From contig OZ241896.1 in NCBI GenBank assembly GCA_965203565.1, positions 3,857,015 through 3,921,014 on the forward strand: DNA of 64,000 nucleotides, given 5' to 3'. Positions 1 through 9,644 of the stretch are shown one piece after another (positions within the stretch are counted from its first letter, which is position 1; every line of letters starts with the position of its first letter). The notes below the pieces were generated by a model, which worked only from the letters and a program-made list of their open reading frames with translations, made no database searches and was not told the origin of the DNA. The DNA comes from Vicinamibacterales bacterium (lineage in GTDB: Bacteria > Acidobacteriota > Vicinamibacteria > Vicinamibacterales > UBA8438). The translations under genes were made by a program, and so were the position numbers.

Positions 1-159
1 TCGTCGGTCTCCGGCTTCCCGGTCAGCTACGCGGTCGACGGCCGGCAGTACGTGGCGGTCAGCACCGGCAGCGGCAACCCGATGACGTTCCTGGCTCTGA
101 CCCCGGAGCTGCGCCCCAGCATGGGCAACGCGCTGTTCGTCTTCGCCCTGCCCGACTGA
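1..159 (+). CDS. C-terminal fragment of a PQQ-dependent dehydrogenase (runs off the window start)
   Basis: Frame 1 reads SGFPVSYAVDGRQYVAV...NALFVFALPD*, a typical quinoprotein C-terminus; TGA at 157-159. Confidence 0.8.
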   Translation, partial: SSVSGFPVSYAVDGRQYVAVSTGSGNPMTFLALTPELRPSMGNALFVFALPD

Positions 160-164
160 CCCGT

Positions 165-1346
165 TCAGGGGGGCGGCCGCAACGCGGCGTCGCGGATGCG
201 CCGCAGGGGCAGGGCGGTGACGGCGTCGGTGAGCGGATAGGTCCGGTCGCCGGGATAGATCACCCACAAGTGCTCCAGACCCAGGTCGTCGATGACCACG
301 TGCATCGACTTCGTCGTCCTCGGCGCGTCGGAGCACTTGAACTCGAAGCCCCAGCGCCGACCCCGGCGCAGCAGCAGCAGGTCCAGCTCCGCGCCTCGCC
401 GGGTCGCGTAGAAGAACGCGTCGTGTTCGCCGTGGGCCAGCAGCGTCTGCTCCAGGGCGAACCCCTCCCAGCTCGCGCCGTACCGCGGGTGGACCGGCAG
501 GTCCCACCGGTCTTCGATGCCCAGCAGGAAGTGCAGGACGCCGCTGTCGCGCACGTACACCTTGGGAGACTTGACGAGGCGCTTCCCGAGGTTCTCGAAC
601 CACGGCGGCAGGACGCGGACCATGAACGCGCCCGCCAGCAGGTCGCGGTAGTGGTTCACCGTCGCAGGACTCACGTCCATCGACCGGCCCAGCTCGGCGG
701 CGTTCCACGTCTGTCCGTGCCAGTGCGCCAGCATCCGCCAGAAGCGTCCCAACGCCTCGGGCGCCACCCGGGATCCGAGTCCGGGCACGTCCCGCTCCAG
801 GAACGTCCGGGTGAACGCGCGCATCCAGCGCGTCCAGGCCGCGGCCGACGGCGCCAGCCACGCCCGCGGAAAGCCGCCGCGCAGCCAGAGCCGGTCCTGC
901 CGCTCCGGTCCCACCTCGTCGAGCGACAGGCCCCCGACGTCCACGAACAGGATGCGTCCCGCCAGCGTTTCGGAAACCCCGCGGATCAGGTCCCACGACG
1001 CGCTGCCCAGCAGGAGGAACACCGCGCTGCGGGCGGGGTCGTCGCAGACCGGGCGCAGCGCCTCGAACAGCGCCGGCATCCGCTGCACTTCGTCGATGAC
1101 CACCAACCCCTCGCACGCGCGGAGGATCCGTTCGGGGGTGGCGGTCAGCGCCTCCCGCGTGGCGGCGACCTCCAGATCGAAGACCGTCGACGGCCCCGGC
1201 CACGCGGACGCCACCTGCCCGGCAAGCGTCGTCTTGCCCACCTGCCGGGCGCCCAGCAGCGCCACCGCCGGCGCTTCGGACAACCCCTCGACGGCCGCCC
1301 CCCGCAGGGCGGAGCGCGCTATGGATTGTTGAATATCGACAGGCAA
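165..1346 (-). CDS. AAA+ ATPase with DUF4143 domain (AAA_14 type)
   Basis: Walker A GARQVGKT, Walker B IDEVQ, LLGSAS, GGFP, KRLVKSPKVY, C-terminal ELDLL...FEFK. Confidence 0.88.
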   Translation of the reverse strand: MPVDIQQSIARSALRGAAVEGLSEAPAVALLGARQVGKTTLAGQVASAWPGPSTVFDLEVAATREALTATPERILRACEGLVVIDEVQRMPALFEALRPVCDDPARSAVFLLLGSASWDLIRGVSETLAGRILFVDVGGLSLDEVGPERQDRLWLRGGFPRAWLAPSAAAWTRWMRAFTRTFLERDVPGLGSRVAPEALGRFWRMLAHWHGQTWNAAELGRSMDVSPATVNHYRDLLAGAFMVRVLPPWFENLGKRLVKSPKVYVRDSGVLHFLLGIEDRWDLPVHPRYGASWEGFALEQTLLAHGEHDAFFYATRRGAELDLLLLRRGRRWGFEFKCSDAPRTTKSMHVVIDDLGLEHLWVIYPGDRTYPLTDAVTALPLRRIRDAALRPPP

Positions 1347-1425
1347 CCTGCCGATATTCTACGATCTTTTCGGGAAGTCGTGCGACTCCGGCGCCCGGCG
1401 CCCTGCCGTCCGGCGCAACGGCGGG

Positions 1426-1929
1426 CTACTTCAGATCGTCCGCGGCGGCGTCCATCCCGGCCTGGGCGCAGATGGCGTCGTTCGCTCCGGTGTCGCCGCT
1501 GACGCCGATCCCGCCGACGTGGACGCCGCCGGCGGTCATGATCGGCAGTCCGCCCTCGAAGAAGTTGAGGCCCGGCACGAACGCCACCGGCGACGGGCCG
1601 CCACCGCTCGCGGGGAAGGCGGCGGCGCTCCACTGCTGCGTCGACCGCGGGCTGAGCGCCGACGAGCGCGCCTTGGCCATCGCGATCTCCTGCGAGAGCA
1701 GTTGCGCGTCGTCCATCCGGTGGTACGCCTTCAGATTGCCGTGGTTGTCCAGGATGGCGACGTGCATCCGCCACCCCTCGGCGGCGGCCTTGGCGAGGCA
1801 GCCGTGGACCATCTTCATCGCGGCGGACGCGGTCAGGATGGGACGTTCCTCGACGGCGGCCGACGCCGGCGCGAGGACGACGGCGAGCAGGGCGGCGGCG
1901 AGTCCGGCAAGCAAGCGGCGAGCGAGCAT
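1426..1929 (-). CDS. GlcG/HbpS-family heme-binding protein, secreted
   Basis: Signal peptide; VAILDNHG...RMDDA...AMAKARSS and GGLPI...GGIGVSG motifs; GGAGG RBS before ATG 1929. Confidence 0.85.
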   Translation of the reverse strand: MLARRLLAGLAAALLAVVLAPASAAVEERPILTASAAMKMVHGCLAKAAAEGWRMHVAILDNHGNLKAYHRMDDAQLLSQEIAMAKARSSALSPRSTQQWSAAAFPASGGGPSPVAFVPGLNFFEGGLPIMTAGGVHVGGIGVSGDTGANDAICAQAGMDAAADDLK

Positions 1930-2028
1930 GATGTGACCTCCTTGTTGATTGGGTGCGCGAGCCGGCGACGTACGACGCCGGCGGCGCCGCGCAGACACTC
2001 TATCACGTGGCGAGCCATGCGGCAGGCG

Positions 2029-2761
2029 TCACGCAGCCAATTCCGGCCACCACGCGGACAATCGCCGATGAATGGCCGCAACAACGGCGCCGCCTGATCC
2101 ATCTTCTGAGAACGCTTGGTTCGGCGCGTCCTCCAGCGCGTAGCGCGCAATGGACGCTGCGCTGGTGATGATGGTCTGTCTGACCACGATCGGGTTCGGG
2201 TGCGCGGCGGACTGCGCGTCGACATCGAAAACGTGAATCCATGCCGAAGCGCCGGCGTCGGTGACGTCCGGATGATGAAGCGCATGCGTACCGTCACCGC
2301 ACGAGACAAGATCAGGCAGTCCAAGGTGAGGTTGCCAACTGTCCCAGACAGCCTGCGGAACGGCAAGCGACGTCCCGACGGATCGTGGATGCACGCCTAA
2401 CTGGAATTTGAGCATCATCTGATAGAACGTGCGTTTGAATACGTTCGCGATATTGGGACCCTCGATGCGTTCAGACAGCCAGCGAGCATTCTCTCGAAGC
2501 ACGCCGGCGAAACCGGGTCCGTGGAGGCGTAATGAATCATTGAGGTTCTGCACCGCCTGGCGGTACGAACCGTGGAAATCCATTGTCTGGACTTCAAGGA
2601 CGCCAAAGCGTCCGAGGCCGACGCCGCCGTCGCCAGCAGGCGCCAGTTCAACGAACGTCGTGTCGAATGACATTTCGGGAGATCTGTCCGTCGCATTTAT
2701 AATATGTACGGTAACCAAACCACTCGCTGACGAAATTTCCACGTTCGGAGCCGCCGGTCAT
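2029..2761 (-). pseudogene. NotI-like type II restriction endonuclease with internal deletion and frameshift
   Basis: ATG 2761 overlaps the MTase stop and reads MTGGSERGNFVSEWFGYRTY, then shifts frame near 2700 into TDRSPEMSFD...GVLEVQTMDFHGSY...EGPNIANVFKRTFYQM, motifs recalled from R.NotI; the Cys-rich region between them is absent. Confidence 0.75.
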
Positions 2762-3852
2762 CAATTGGCGTCCATCACTCGCAGTTGGAGTTCCTTGATG
2801 AGGTCGGACGCCGCTCGCGCGTACGCAGGAGATCGATCGAATCCAATGGCTCTGCGCCCGGACGCGGCCGAAACCGCCAACGAACGGCCGGTGCCGCAGA
2901 ATGGATCGAGGACCGTTCCGCCGGGTGGGCAACTGCTCAGTATCCGCGGGCGAATCAGGAGTTCGGGAAACGTGGCGGAATGCCCGTTGTCTCCGGGACG
3001 GGCATACTGCGTGACGACGTCGTTGGAGCCAGTCTCGACTTCGGCCAGGTCGTAGTAGTACCTGGCCCGGCCGCTGGTCGGCCGACATACGAAATGAAAA
3101 AAATGCTCATGGCTCAGACGTAACCGATCGGTTTCAGGGCGGGGAGGCACGTTCGGCTTGTGCCAGATCACGTCGTTTCTGAGGATCCAGCGCTTTTCCT
3201 GCATGGCGATGGCGAACCGGGCCGGAATCATGAGCAGTTGTTTTTCCTGACGGTACCCGCCCATCGGTGTCCGCCGGCGTTGGCGCGGCGCGCCGCCCAG
3301 TCCTTGGCGTCCTTGCTGCCTGATGCTGGCCCATCGCGCGAAATAAGTGTCGCCTATGTTGATCCAGAGGCTCCCCGAAGACTTGAGCGCTGGACGGAAA
3401 AGTTCGAACATCTCGACCATGTGGGCGACGTACCACTCCGGCAATGGCTCCAACCCGAGTGCGCCCCCTTCGTCTCGGTACCAGGCGTAGTCGGGAATGC
3501 CTGTCTTATCGGCGCCTGTGGCCAGCCAATCCTTGAAAATGCTCCAGTTGTGCTCCTGTTCGTATGTTCTGTGGCCCCAGTACGGCGGACTCGTGATGAG
3601 CAGATCGATGCTTCCGGGATCGAGTGACGGCAACAGATCATATGCGTCGCCGCGAAGAACCGTGGCTACGGGCGCCGCTGTTTCAAGGCGCTGCCGGGAA
3701 TTGACGTACGCCGCGTCGGCATCGGCGGACGAACGGGATTTCAACATCCCTTCTGACTGTACTGTTTCCGGATCTGTTTCGACAAGCCGATCGTCGCCTT
3801 GTTCGACCGGGAGCGGACGAGTCCGACGGCGGGGCGACGGGAGCTTCGACAC
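2761..3852 (-). CDS. Site-specific DNA methyltransferase (N4-C/N6-A, beta-type motif order)
   Basis: ITSPPY catalytic motif N-terminal, HSATFPE and VLDPFCGTG SAM motif C-terminal; lower GC than flanks. Confidence 0.9.
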   Translation of the reverse strand: MSKLPSPRRRTRPLPVEQGDDRLVETDPETVQSEGMLKSRSSADADAAYVNSRQRLETAAPVATVLRGDAYDLLPSLDPGSIDLLITSPPYWGHRTYEQEHNWSIFKDWLATGADKTGIPDYAWYRDEGGALGLEPLPEWYVAHMVEMFELFRPALKSSGSLWINIGDTYFARWASIRQQGRQGLGGAPRQRRRTPMGGYRQEKQLLMIPARFAIAMQEKRWILRNDVIWHKPNVPPRPETDRLRLSHEHFFHFVCRPTSGRARYYYDLAEVETGSNDVVTQYARPGDNGHSATFPELLIRPRILSSCPPGGTVLDPFCGTGRSLAVSAASGRRAIGFDRSPAYARAASDLIKELQLRVMDAN

Positions 3853-3909
3853 GGGCAGTCAGGAATCGAGCCCGCGTCGGTGCGGCCCGATGTACAATCG
3901 ATTCCGCCT

Positions 3910-5526
3910 GTGACCGGATCGCCCGCCGCCTTCCGCCCGTGGCTCGTCCTGCTCGCCGTGCTGGCCGCGGCGGTCCCGGCGCCGGCCCAGCCGGGCGCTC
4001 CGCCGGATGAGCCGGCGCTCCCCGAGAGCTTCGACGAGCCGATCCCGCTCTACACGTCGGCGCTCGGGGCGTTCACGCGGCCGATCTCGTCGTCCAGCGC
4101 GGAGGCGCAGCGCTATTTCGACCAGGGCTTCCAGTTGATGTACGCGTTCGCGAAGGTCGACGCCGCCCGGTCGTTCCGCGAGGCGCAGCGGCGCGATCCG
4201 CACTGCGCCATCTGCTACTGGGGAGAGGCGTGGGCGTGGGGGTCGTACCTGAACGGACCGATGCGCGCGGACGAGGCTCCGCACGCGTGGGCGGCCATCC
4301 GGAAGGCGCTCCGTCTCGCCCCGGAGCACGCCAGCCCCGTGGAACGGGCGTTCATCGAGGCGATGGCGGTCCGCTACGTCGAGGACTTCGACCCGGAGCA
4401 GCGGGTCGAGCAGGATCGCGCGTACGCCGAGGCGATGCGGCAGGTGGCGGAGCGCTATCCCGACGATCCGGACGCGGCCACGCTGTACGCCGACGCGCTC
4501 TTCCTGCTGGAGCCCCGCCGCGGGACGCGGGACCTCGACGATCCGAACGTCCGGCGGCTGCACGGCGTGCTGGAAGCGGTCCTTGCGGTCGACCTCCGCC
4601 ATCCGGGCGCCTGCCACCTGTACGTGCACGCGACCGAGTCGACCGTCCGGCCGGAGAAGGCCGCGGCCTGCGCCGAGCATCTCGGCGGCGCGATACCGGG
4701 CGCCAGCCACATCAACCACATGCCGTCGCACACCTGGAACGAGATCGGCCGGTGGGGCGACTCGGTGCGGGCGAACCTGCGCGCCTGGCATTCCGACCAG
4801 AAGGCGGAGACGGGCGAGGGACTGGCGATCTATCCGTCGCACAACCTGCACATGCTGCTGTTCGCCGCCTCGATGGACGGCCAGGGGGCGGTCGCCATCC
4901 AGGCCGGCAAGGATTACGCGAAGCTGACCGGCGACACGTCGTACCACGTGCTGACGCTGCTCCGGTTCGGCCGCTTCGACGAGATCGCCGCCGTGGCCGG
5001 CCGTCCGGAGAAAGAGGTCTCGGCCGGCCTCTGGGACTTCGCCCAGGGTTACGCCCGCCTGCGCCAGGGCGAGGCCGACTTCGCGGGCGTCCATCTCGGC
5101 CGCGTCCGCCGCGCGGCCGAGACGACGGAGCAGCGCCTGCGGTTCCATCCCGGCAAGAGCATCCTCGGCATTGCGGCCGGGATCCTCGACGGGGAGATCC
5201 GCCTCGCCGCGGGCGACCGCGACGGGGCCGTCCGTGCGCTCGAGCGCGCCGTCGCCCTCGAGGACGACCTGACGTACGACGAACCGGAGCCGCTCCCGTT
5301 CGCGGCGCGGCACTGGCTGGGGGCGGCGCTGCTCGAGGCGGGTCGCCCGGCGGAGGCGGCCCGCGTCTACCGTGACGACCTCGCGGACCATCCGCACAAC
5401 GGCTGGTCGCTGTTCGGCCTGAAGACGGCCCTCGACAAGCTGGGGACGCCGTCGCCCGACGTCGAGGCGGACCTGGCCGAAAGCTGGGCGCGCTCCGACA
5501 CCTGGCTGCGCTCGTCCCGGTTCTAG
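3910..5526 (+). CDS. Secreted tetratricopeptide-repeat protein
   Basis: Signal peptide, AQRYFDQG, HPGACHLYVH, HMPSH, YDEP, HPHNGWSL motifs; start (GTG 3910) uncertain. Confidence 0.75.
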   Translation: MTGSPAAFRPWLVLLAVLAAAVPAPAQPGAPPDEPALPESFDEPIPLYTSALGAFTRPISSSSAEAQRYFDQGFQLMYAFAKVDAARSFREAQRRDPHCAICYWGEAWAWGSYLNGPMRADEAPHAWAAIRKALRLAPEHASPVERAFIEAMAVRYVEDFDPEQRVEQDRAYAEAMRQVAERYPDDPDAATLYADALFLLEPRRGTRDLDDPNVRRLHGVLEAVLAVDLRHPGACHLYVHATESTVRPEKAAACAEHLGGAIPGASHINHMPSHTWNEIGRWGDSVRANLRAWHSDQKAETGEGLAIYPSHNLHMLLFAASMDGQGAVAIQAGKDYAKLTGDTSYHVLTLLRFGRFDEIAAVAGRPEKEVSAGLWDFAQGYARLRQGEADFAGVHLGRVRRAAETTEQRLRFHPGKSILGIAAGILDGEIRLAAGDRDGAVRALERAVALEDDLTYDEPEPLPFAARHWLGAALLEAGRPAEAARVYRDDLADHPHNGWSLFGLKTALDKLGTPSPDVEADLAESWARSDTWLRSSRF

Positions 5527-5557
5527 ATCGGAAACATGACCAGAATCAATCGGCCCG

Positions 5558-5815
5558 TCAGCGAGGGCACCAGTCCGGAGGACGTTTATAGTCGCGCTCG
5601 CGCCGCTCGCGGATGATCAGAGCCGGAGGCGGGTTCAGGTGGACCGGCTCTCGTTGCCGCAGACGGGCGCGAAGCTCGAGGGGAGTCGGTCGCTCCGCGA
5701 GTCTCGACAACTCCGCCAGCACGAAATCGGACAGCGACCTTCCCTCCAGGGCGGCCTTCGCCTTGAGTGCGCGATGGAGCGCCGCCGGAACGTTGCGAAC
5801 TTGCAGACTGGGCAT
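5558..5815 (-). CDS. FitA-like ribbon-helix-helix antitoxin (no adjacent toxin)
   Basis: MPSLQVRNVPAALHRALKAKAALEGRSLSDFV is an RHH signature. Confidence 0.8.
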   Translation of the reverse strand: MPSLQVRNVPAALHRALKAKAALEGRSLSDFVLAELSRLAERPTPLELRARLRQREPVHLNPPPALIIRERRERDYKRPPDWCPR

Positions 5816-5822
5816 GCGGACA

Positions 5823-5844
5823 TGCTACTTGCATGCAAGCAGCA
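5823..5844. promoter_or_regulatory. Palindromic operator upstream of the RHH antitoxin
   Basis: TGCTACTTGCATGCAAGCAGCA with perfect core CTTGCATGCAAG (5828-5839), 7 bp before the ATG. Confidence 0.55.
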
Positions 5845-5882
5845 CGTCCAGATCGACGCAACGCTGAACGTCCGCACGTCGC

Positions 5883-7046
5883 TCACGCCGGCTCGGTCCC
5901 CTCGTTCAGGATGGCGAGGTACCGGGCGTAGACGAACAGCCGGTTGCGGGGCCGGCCGGTGATCTCGCGGGCGATTCCCAGGTCGACGAGCAGTCGCATC
6001 GCCGAGGACGACGCGGGGAACGACAACCCGGTCCTGGCGCAGATCTGGCGCAGCGACAGGACCGGCCGCGCCGAGAGCGCGTCGTGGACCCGCAGCGCCG
6101 ACCCCGCGCGCCGGCCGCGGCGCTCGACGGCGGCGCGGTCCGACGCCAGCCGCTCCAGAAGACGGCCGGACGTGGAGACGGCGGCTTCGGCCGCCTCCCG
6201 CACGCCGTCGAGGAAAAATGCGAGCCATGCCTCCCAGTCGCCGGTGCGGCGCACCTGGTCGAGCAGCGCGTAGTAAGCGCCGCGGCGCTGCTTCAGATAC
6301 AGGCTCAGGTAGAGGAGCGGGTCCCGCAGCACGCCGGCATGACAGAGGAGCAGCGTGACGAGCAACCGCCCGACCCGGCCGTTGCCGTCGAGGAACGGGT
6401 GGATCGTCTCGAACTGCACGTGCGCGAGGCCGGCCCGGACGAGAACGGGCAGGCCGTCGTCTTCGGCGTGCAGGAACCGCTCGAGCGCCGCCATGCAGTC
6501 GGGCACGGCGGTGTGCGGCGGCGGCGCGAAGACGGCGGCGCCGGGCCGCGCGCCGCCGATCCAGTTCTGCGAGCGGCGGAACTCGCCGGGCGCCTTGCCG
6601 GCGCCGCGCCCGCGGGACAGCAGGACGCCGTGGATCTCGCGGATCAGACGGTTCGACAGCGGGAAACCGCCGCGCAGCCGCCCGAGTCCGTGCTCCAGCG
6701 CGGCGACGTAGCTGGAGACCTCCACCACGTCGTCGAGCGGTACGCCGGGCGACTCGTCGAGCTCGAACAGCAGGAGGTCCGACAGGGTCGACTGCGTCCC
6801 CTCGATCTGCGAAGAGAGCACCGCCTCCTTGCGCACGAAGCTGTAGAGAAAGACTTCCTTGTCCGGCAGGAGGGTCGAGACGCCGTCGAGGCGGCCGAGA
6901 GCGAGCGTCGCCGTCTCCAGGGATCGCTGCAGCGGACCGTCGAGCGCCAGGGCCGGAACCGGCGGCAACGGCGACGGGATGAACGCGCGAACCGTCTCTC
7001 CGCCGGCCGCCGTCACTGCGTAGCGGCCCGTCTCTCTGCGTCGCAT
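5883..7046 (-). CDS. Fic family protein (N-terminal SSQIEG inhibitory motif, C-terminal HTH)
   Basis: HPFLDGNGRVGR Fic motif; EAVLSSQIEGT. Confidence 0.93.
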   Translation of the reverse strand: MRRRETGRYAVTAAGGETVRAFIPSPLPPVPALALDGPLQRSLETATLALGRLDGVSTLLPDKEVFLYSFVRKEAVLSSQIEGTQSTLSDLLLFELDESPGVPLDDVVEVSSYVAALEHGLGRLRGGFPLSNRLIREIHGVLLSRGRGAGKAPGEFRRSQNWIGGARPGAAVFAPPPHTAVPDCMAALERFLHAEDDGLPVLVRAGLAHVQFETIHPFLDGNGRVGRLLVTLLLCHAGVLRDPLLYLSLYLKQRRGAYYALLDQVRRTGDWEAWLAFFLDGVREAAEAAVSTSGRLLERLASDRAAVERRGRRAGSALRVHDALSARPVLSLRQICARTGLSFPASSSAMRLLVDLGIAREITGRPRNRLFVYARYLAILNEGTEPA

Positions 7047-7078
7047 GGGAAGCCTGGGCGTCGGTCCGCTCGTTCAGC

Positions 7079-7111
7079 AAGTATTAACAGCCGGACCGAT
7101 TGTTAATACTT
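7079..7111. promoter_or_regulatory. Perfect 11-bp inverted repeat upstream of the fic gene
   Basis: AAGTATTAACA-N11-TGTTAATACTT in an AT-rich patch about 30 bp upstream of the start. Confidence 0.55.
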
Positions 7112-7174
7112 TAGCGGATTTATTTAATTGCGGGTGGAAAATCACAAGATTGGAATGAGAAAAGGTGCTATATG

Positions 7175-7206
7175 AGAAAGGGGCGGTATGAGAACCGCCC
7201 CTTTCT
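7175..7206. terminator. Perfect 13-bp hairpin, terminator-like
   Basis: AGAAAGGGGCGGT-ATGAGA-ACCGCCCCTTTCT, downstream of the minus-strand gene ending at 7285. Confidence 0.55.
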
Positions 7207-7284
7207 ACTACTTCTCTGAGTATGTTATTGGCGTGCTGGAGACTATCGAGCACCGTCCGCCGCCGAGACCGGACCGAAAGCGGC

Positions 7285-8676
7285 CTACTGGTCCTGCGCC
7301 GTCGCGAAGGCGGGCGTGCCGCCGCGCGCGGCGACCTCCGCCTGAAACTCCTCTTCGGTCATCTCGACCGTGCGGGTGACGGCGAAGAACATGTCGTCGA
7401 TCGACCGGTTGCCGTACCCCTTCCAGTTGCGCGGGTCGACGACGTTCCTGTTGGTCGGCGAGTTGTTGTACCACGCCATCACGTGGATGAGCGTCCCGGC
7501 CGGCAGGAGCGGCGCGGCGTCGTCCTCGTACGAGTAGACCTTCACCCAGTTGTGGTCGTAGTCGGCGCAACTGAGCATCTCCCGGACGTTGTTCGGATAG
7601 ATCGCCTCCACGCACATCCGCTTGCCGCTCGAATGCAGGTGCGGCTCGAACATCAGCACCTTCGTCGGCCGGGTGATCCGGTGGAACCCGTCGCGCATCA
7701 CGTTGTCGTCGTTCGCCGGGATGTCGAACTCGTAGTCGAACATGTTGACGCCGCCGAAGCCGCCGGTGGCCTGCAGGTGCTTCGGCTCGTACCCCTCGGG
7801 GTGGAGCGTCAGGCCGACGTCGAGCCGGGCGCGCACCTCGCGGCCGATCGAGTGCAGGTGCATCGAGTTGAACGTGAGGAGCGAGCCGGCCTGGAGATGG
7901 ACGCCGACGTCGTCCGGGAAGATGGTGGGGTTCTGCCCCAGCTCGTACGTGAGCCGCAACTGCCCGGGATCGCCGTCGCAGCCCGTCTCGTTCCCGCAGT
8001 CGAGCGGCCCCTGGACGTTCTCCGGCCGCTCGGAGGTGATCACGGCGTGGTGCACCACGAACAGGCCCAGGTCGGCGCGCCCGGCGCGGTCGGCGCCGGC
8101 GGGCGGCGCCTCCTCGGCGAGCCGGACCTCCTTGACCTCTATCGCCTTGACGTACCGGTCCTCGGGCAGTTCGATCGGGGTGACGCCCCACTCGCCGAAC
8201 CAGTCGGGCGCGTCAGCCTCGACGGTCCCTTCCGGCGATGCGACGATCACGTCCGGCGTTCCGTACGTCCAGCCGTCGGCCGGCCACTCGATCGGCGGCG
8301 GCAGGTCGGCCGGGTTGCCCCGCGGGGCGCCGGCGTCCACCCACGCGGCGATAGTCGCGATCTCCGCGTCGCTCAGCGACGGGTCGTCCTTGAACCGCTG
8401 GATCCCGATGTTCCGGTCGATGAACCAGGGCGGCATCTCGCGGGCCGAGGTCCGGCTCCGGATCGAGCGCGCCCAGGGACGGACGTCCTCGTAGGTGACC
8501 AGCGCCATCGGCGCCGCGCCCTGCGGACGGTGGCAGTTCTCGCACGACCGCTGGAGGATCGGCGCAACGTGCTTGCTGAACGTGACGTCGGTCTCCCGCT
8601 CGGCGCCGGCGGCCGGGGCCGACGCAGTGGCTGCTCCGATGAACGCGAACCCTGCCGCGAAGAGCTTCCTCATCAC
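7285..8676 (-). CDS. Secreted monoheme cytochrome c / copper monooxygenase (PHM-like) protein, paralog 1
   Basis: CENCH + MPPW, VVHH, MHLH, EPHLH, DDMF motifs. Confidence 0.75.
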   Translation of the reverse strand: MMRKLFAAGFAFIGAATASAPAAGAERETDVTFSKHVAPILQRSCENCHRPQGAAPMALVTYEDVRPWARSIRSRTSAREMPPWFIDRNIGIQRFKDDPSLSDAEIATIAAWVDAGAPRGNPADLPPPIEWPADGWTYGTPDVIVASPEGTVEADAPDWFGEWGVTPIELPEDRYVKAIEVKEVRLAEEAPPAGADRAGRADLGLFVVHHAVITSERPENVQGPLDCGNETGCDGDPGQLRLTYELGQNPTIFPDDVGVHLQAGSLLTFNSMHLHSIGREVRARLDVGLTLHPEGYEPKHLQATGGFGGVNMFDYEFDIPANDDNVMRDGFHRITRPTKVLMFEPHLHSSGKRMCVEAIYPNNVREMLSCADYDHNWVKVYSYEDDAAPLLPAGTLIHVMAWYNNSPTNRNVVDPRNWKGYGNRSIDDMFFAVTRTVEMTEEEFQAEVAARGGTPAFATAQDQ

Positions 8677-8730
8677 TTTCCCCCCACCGAAATCGACTGA
8701 AACGCCCGGCGAAACCCGCCCGCCCCGCCG

Positions 8731-9618
8731 CTACCCGCCGCCTACGGTCACCGTCACGTCATGGGCCGACGCCAGTCCGCCGTCGTGGGCGTAGGCGCGC
8801 AGCACGTAGGCGCCGGGCGCGTGGAACGTCGCCGCGACCTCGAACCGCCCGTCGGGCGGCAGCGGCGGCGGCTCCCATCCGGGCGACCAGGGCGAGTTGC
8901 CGTCGTAGTTCGGGTGGATGTCGAACTGCTCGGGGTCGAACGTGACCTCGTTGCCGTCCCCCCGCCAGACGATCCAGGCCAAGCGCAACCCCCAAGCGTT
9001 GTAGTTCACCGGAACCCGCGCCGAGGCCGGCCGGCGCGGCGGGACGTCGTCGTCGGTCGCTATCGCCGTCAGGACGAGCGGCTCGCCCACCGCCGCGGAG
9101 ACGCGCTCCGGCCCCTCGACGTCGACCATCGGCGCCTGGTTGATCTCGCGCTCCGCGCGCAGGCCGCCCACGTCCTTCTGCATCAGCGGCGAGTCGTTCA
9201 CGTAGTCCGGCTTCAGGCTGCCGAACGCCTGCTCGGTCTTCCCCTGGTGCGTCAGGGTCCAGACGATCTCCCGGTCGCCGAAGTCGGGCGGCACGGTGAT
9301 GCGGAACATGTACCGGTTGCGGCGCGGCTGGAAGAACGACGGCTGCCCCTGGTCCTGGTCGCCCGGCTCGAGGTAGTTGTTCGGACCGATCGGGATGTGG
9401 ACCCTCTCCTGCGAGTTCCGGTTCATGTACCCGAAGATCAGGTCGAACGTCCCGTCCGGGTTCTGCTCCCAGCCCTCGAACGCCGGCACGACGTTCTGGC
9501 CCCGCTCGTAGATGATCGTCTGGCCGCCGGCTGCGGTCAGCGCGGAAAGCGCGGCGGCCGCGGCGACAGCGGCCGCGGCCCGCGCGCGCACCCGCCGCCG
9601 GGCGCGAGTAGTCGTCAT
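8731..9618 (-). CDS. Secreted partner protein with C-terminal Ig/PKD-like domain
   Basis: GQNVVPAFEGW, FGYMNRN, DQGQPSFF, PGAYVLRAYAHDG; homologous to 54331-55311. Confidence 0.7.
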   Translation of the reverse strand: MTTTRARRRVRARAAAAVAAAAALSALTAAGGQTIIYERGQNVVPAFEGWEQNPDGTFDLIFGYMNRNSQERVHIPIGPNNYLEPGDQDQGQPSFFQPRRNRYMFRITVPPDFGDREIVWTLTHQGKTEQAFGSLKPDYVNDSPLMQKDVGGLRAEREINQAPMVDVEGPERVSAAVGEPLVLTAIATDDDVPPRRPASARVPVNYNAWGLRLAWIVWRGDGNEVTFDPEQFDIHPNYDGNSPWSPGWEPPPLPPDGRFEVAATFHAPGAYVLRAYAHDGGLASAHDVTVTVGGG

Positions 9619-9644
9619 GACGCTTGCTGCTCCCTCTGTGGATG

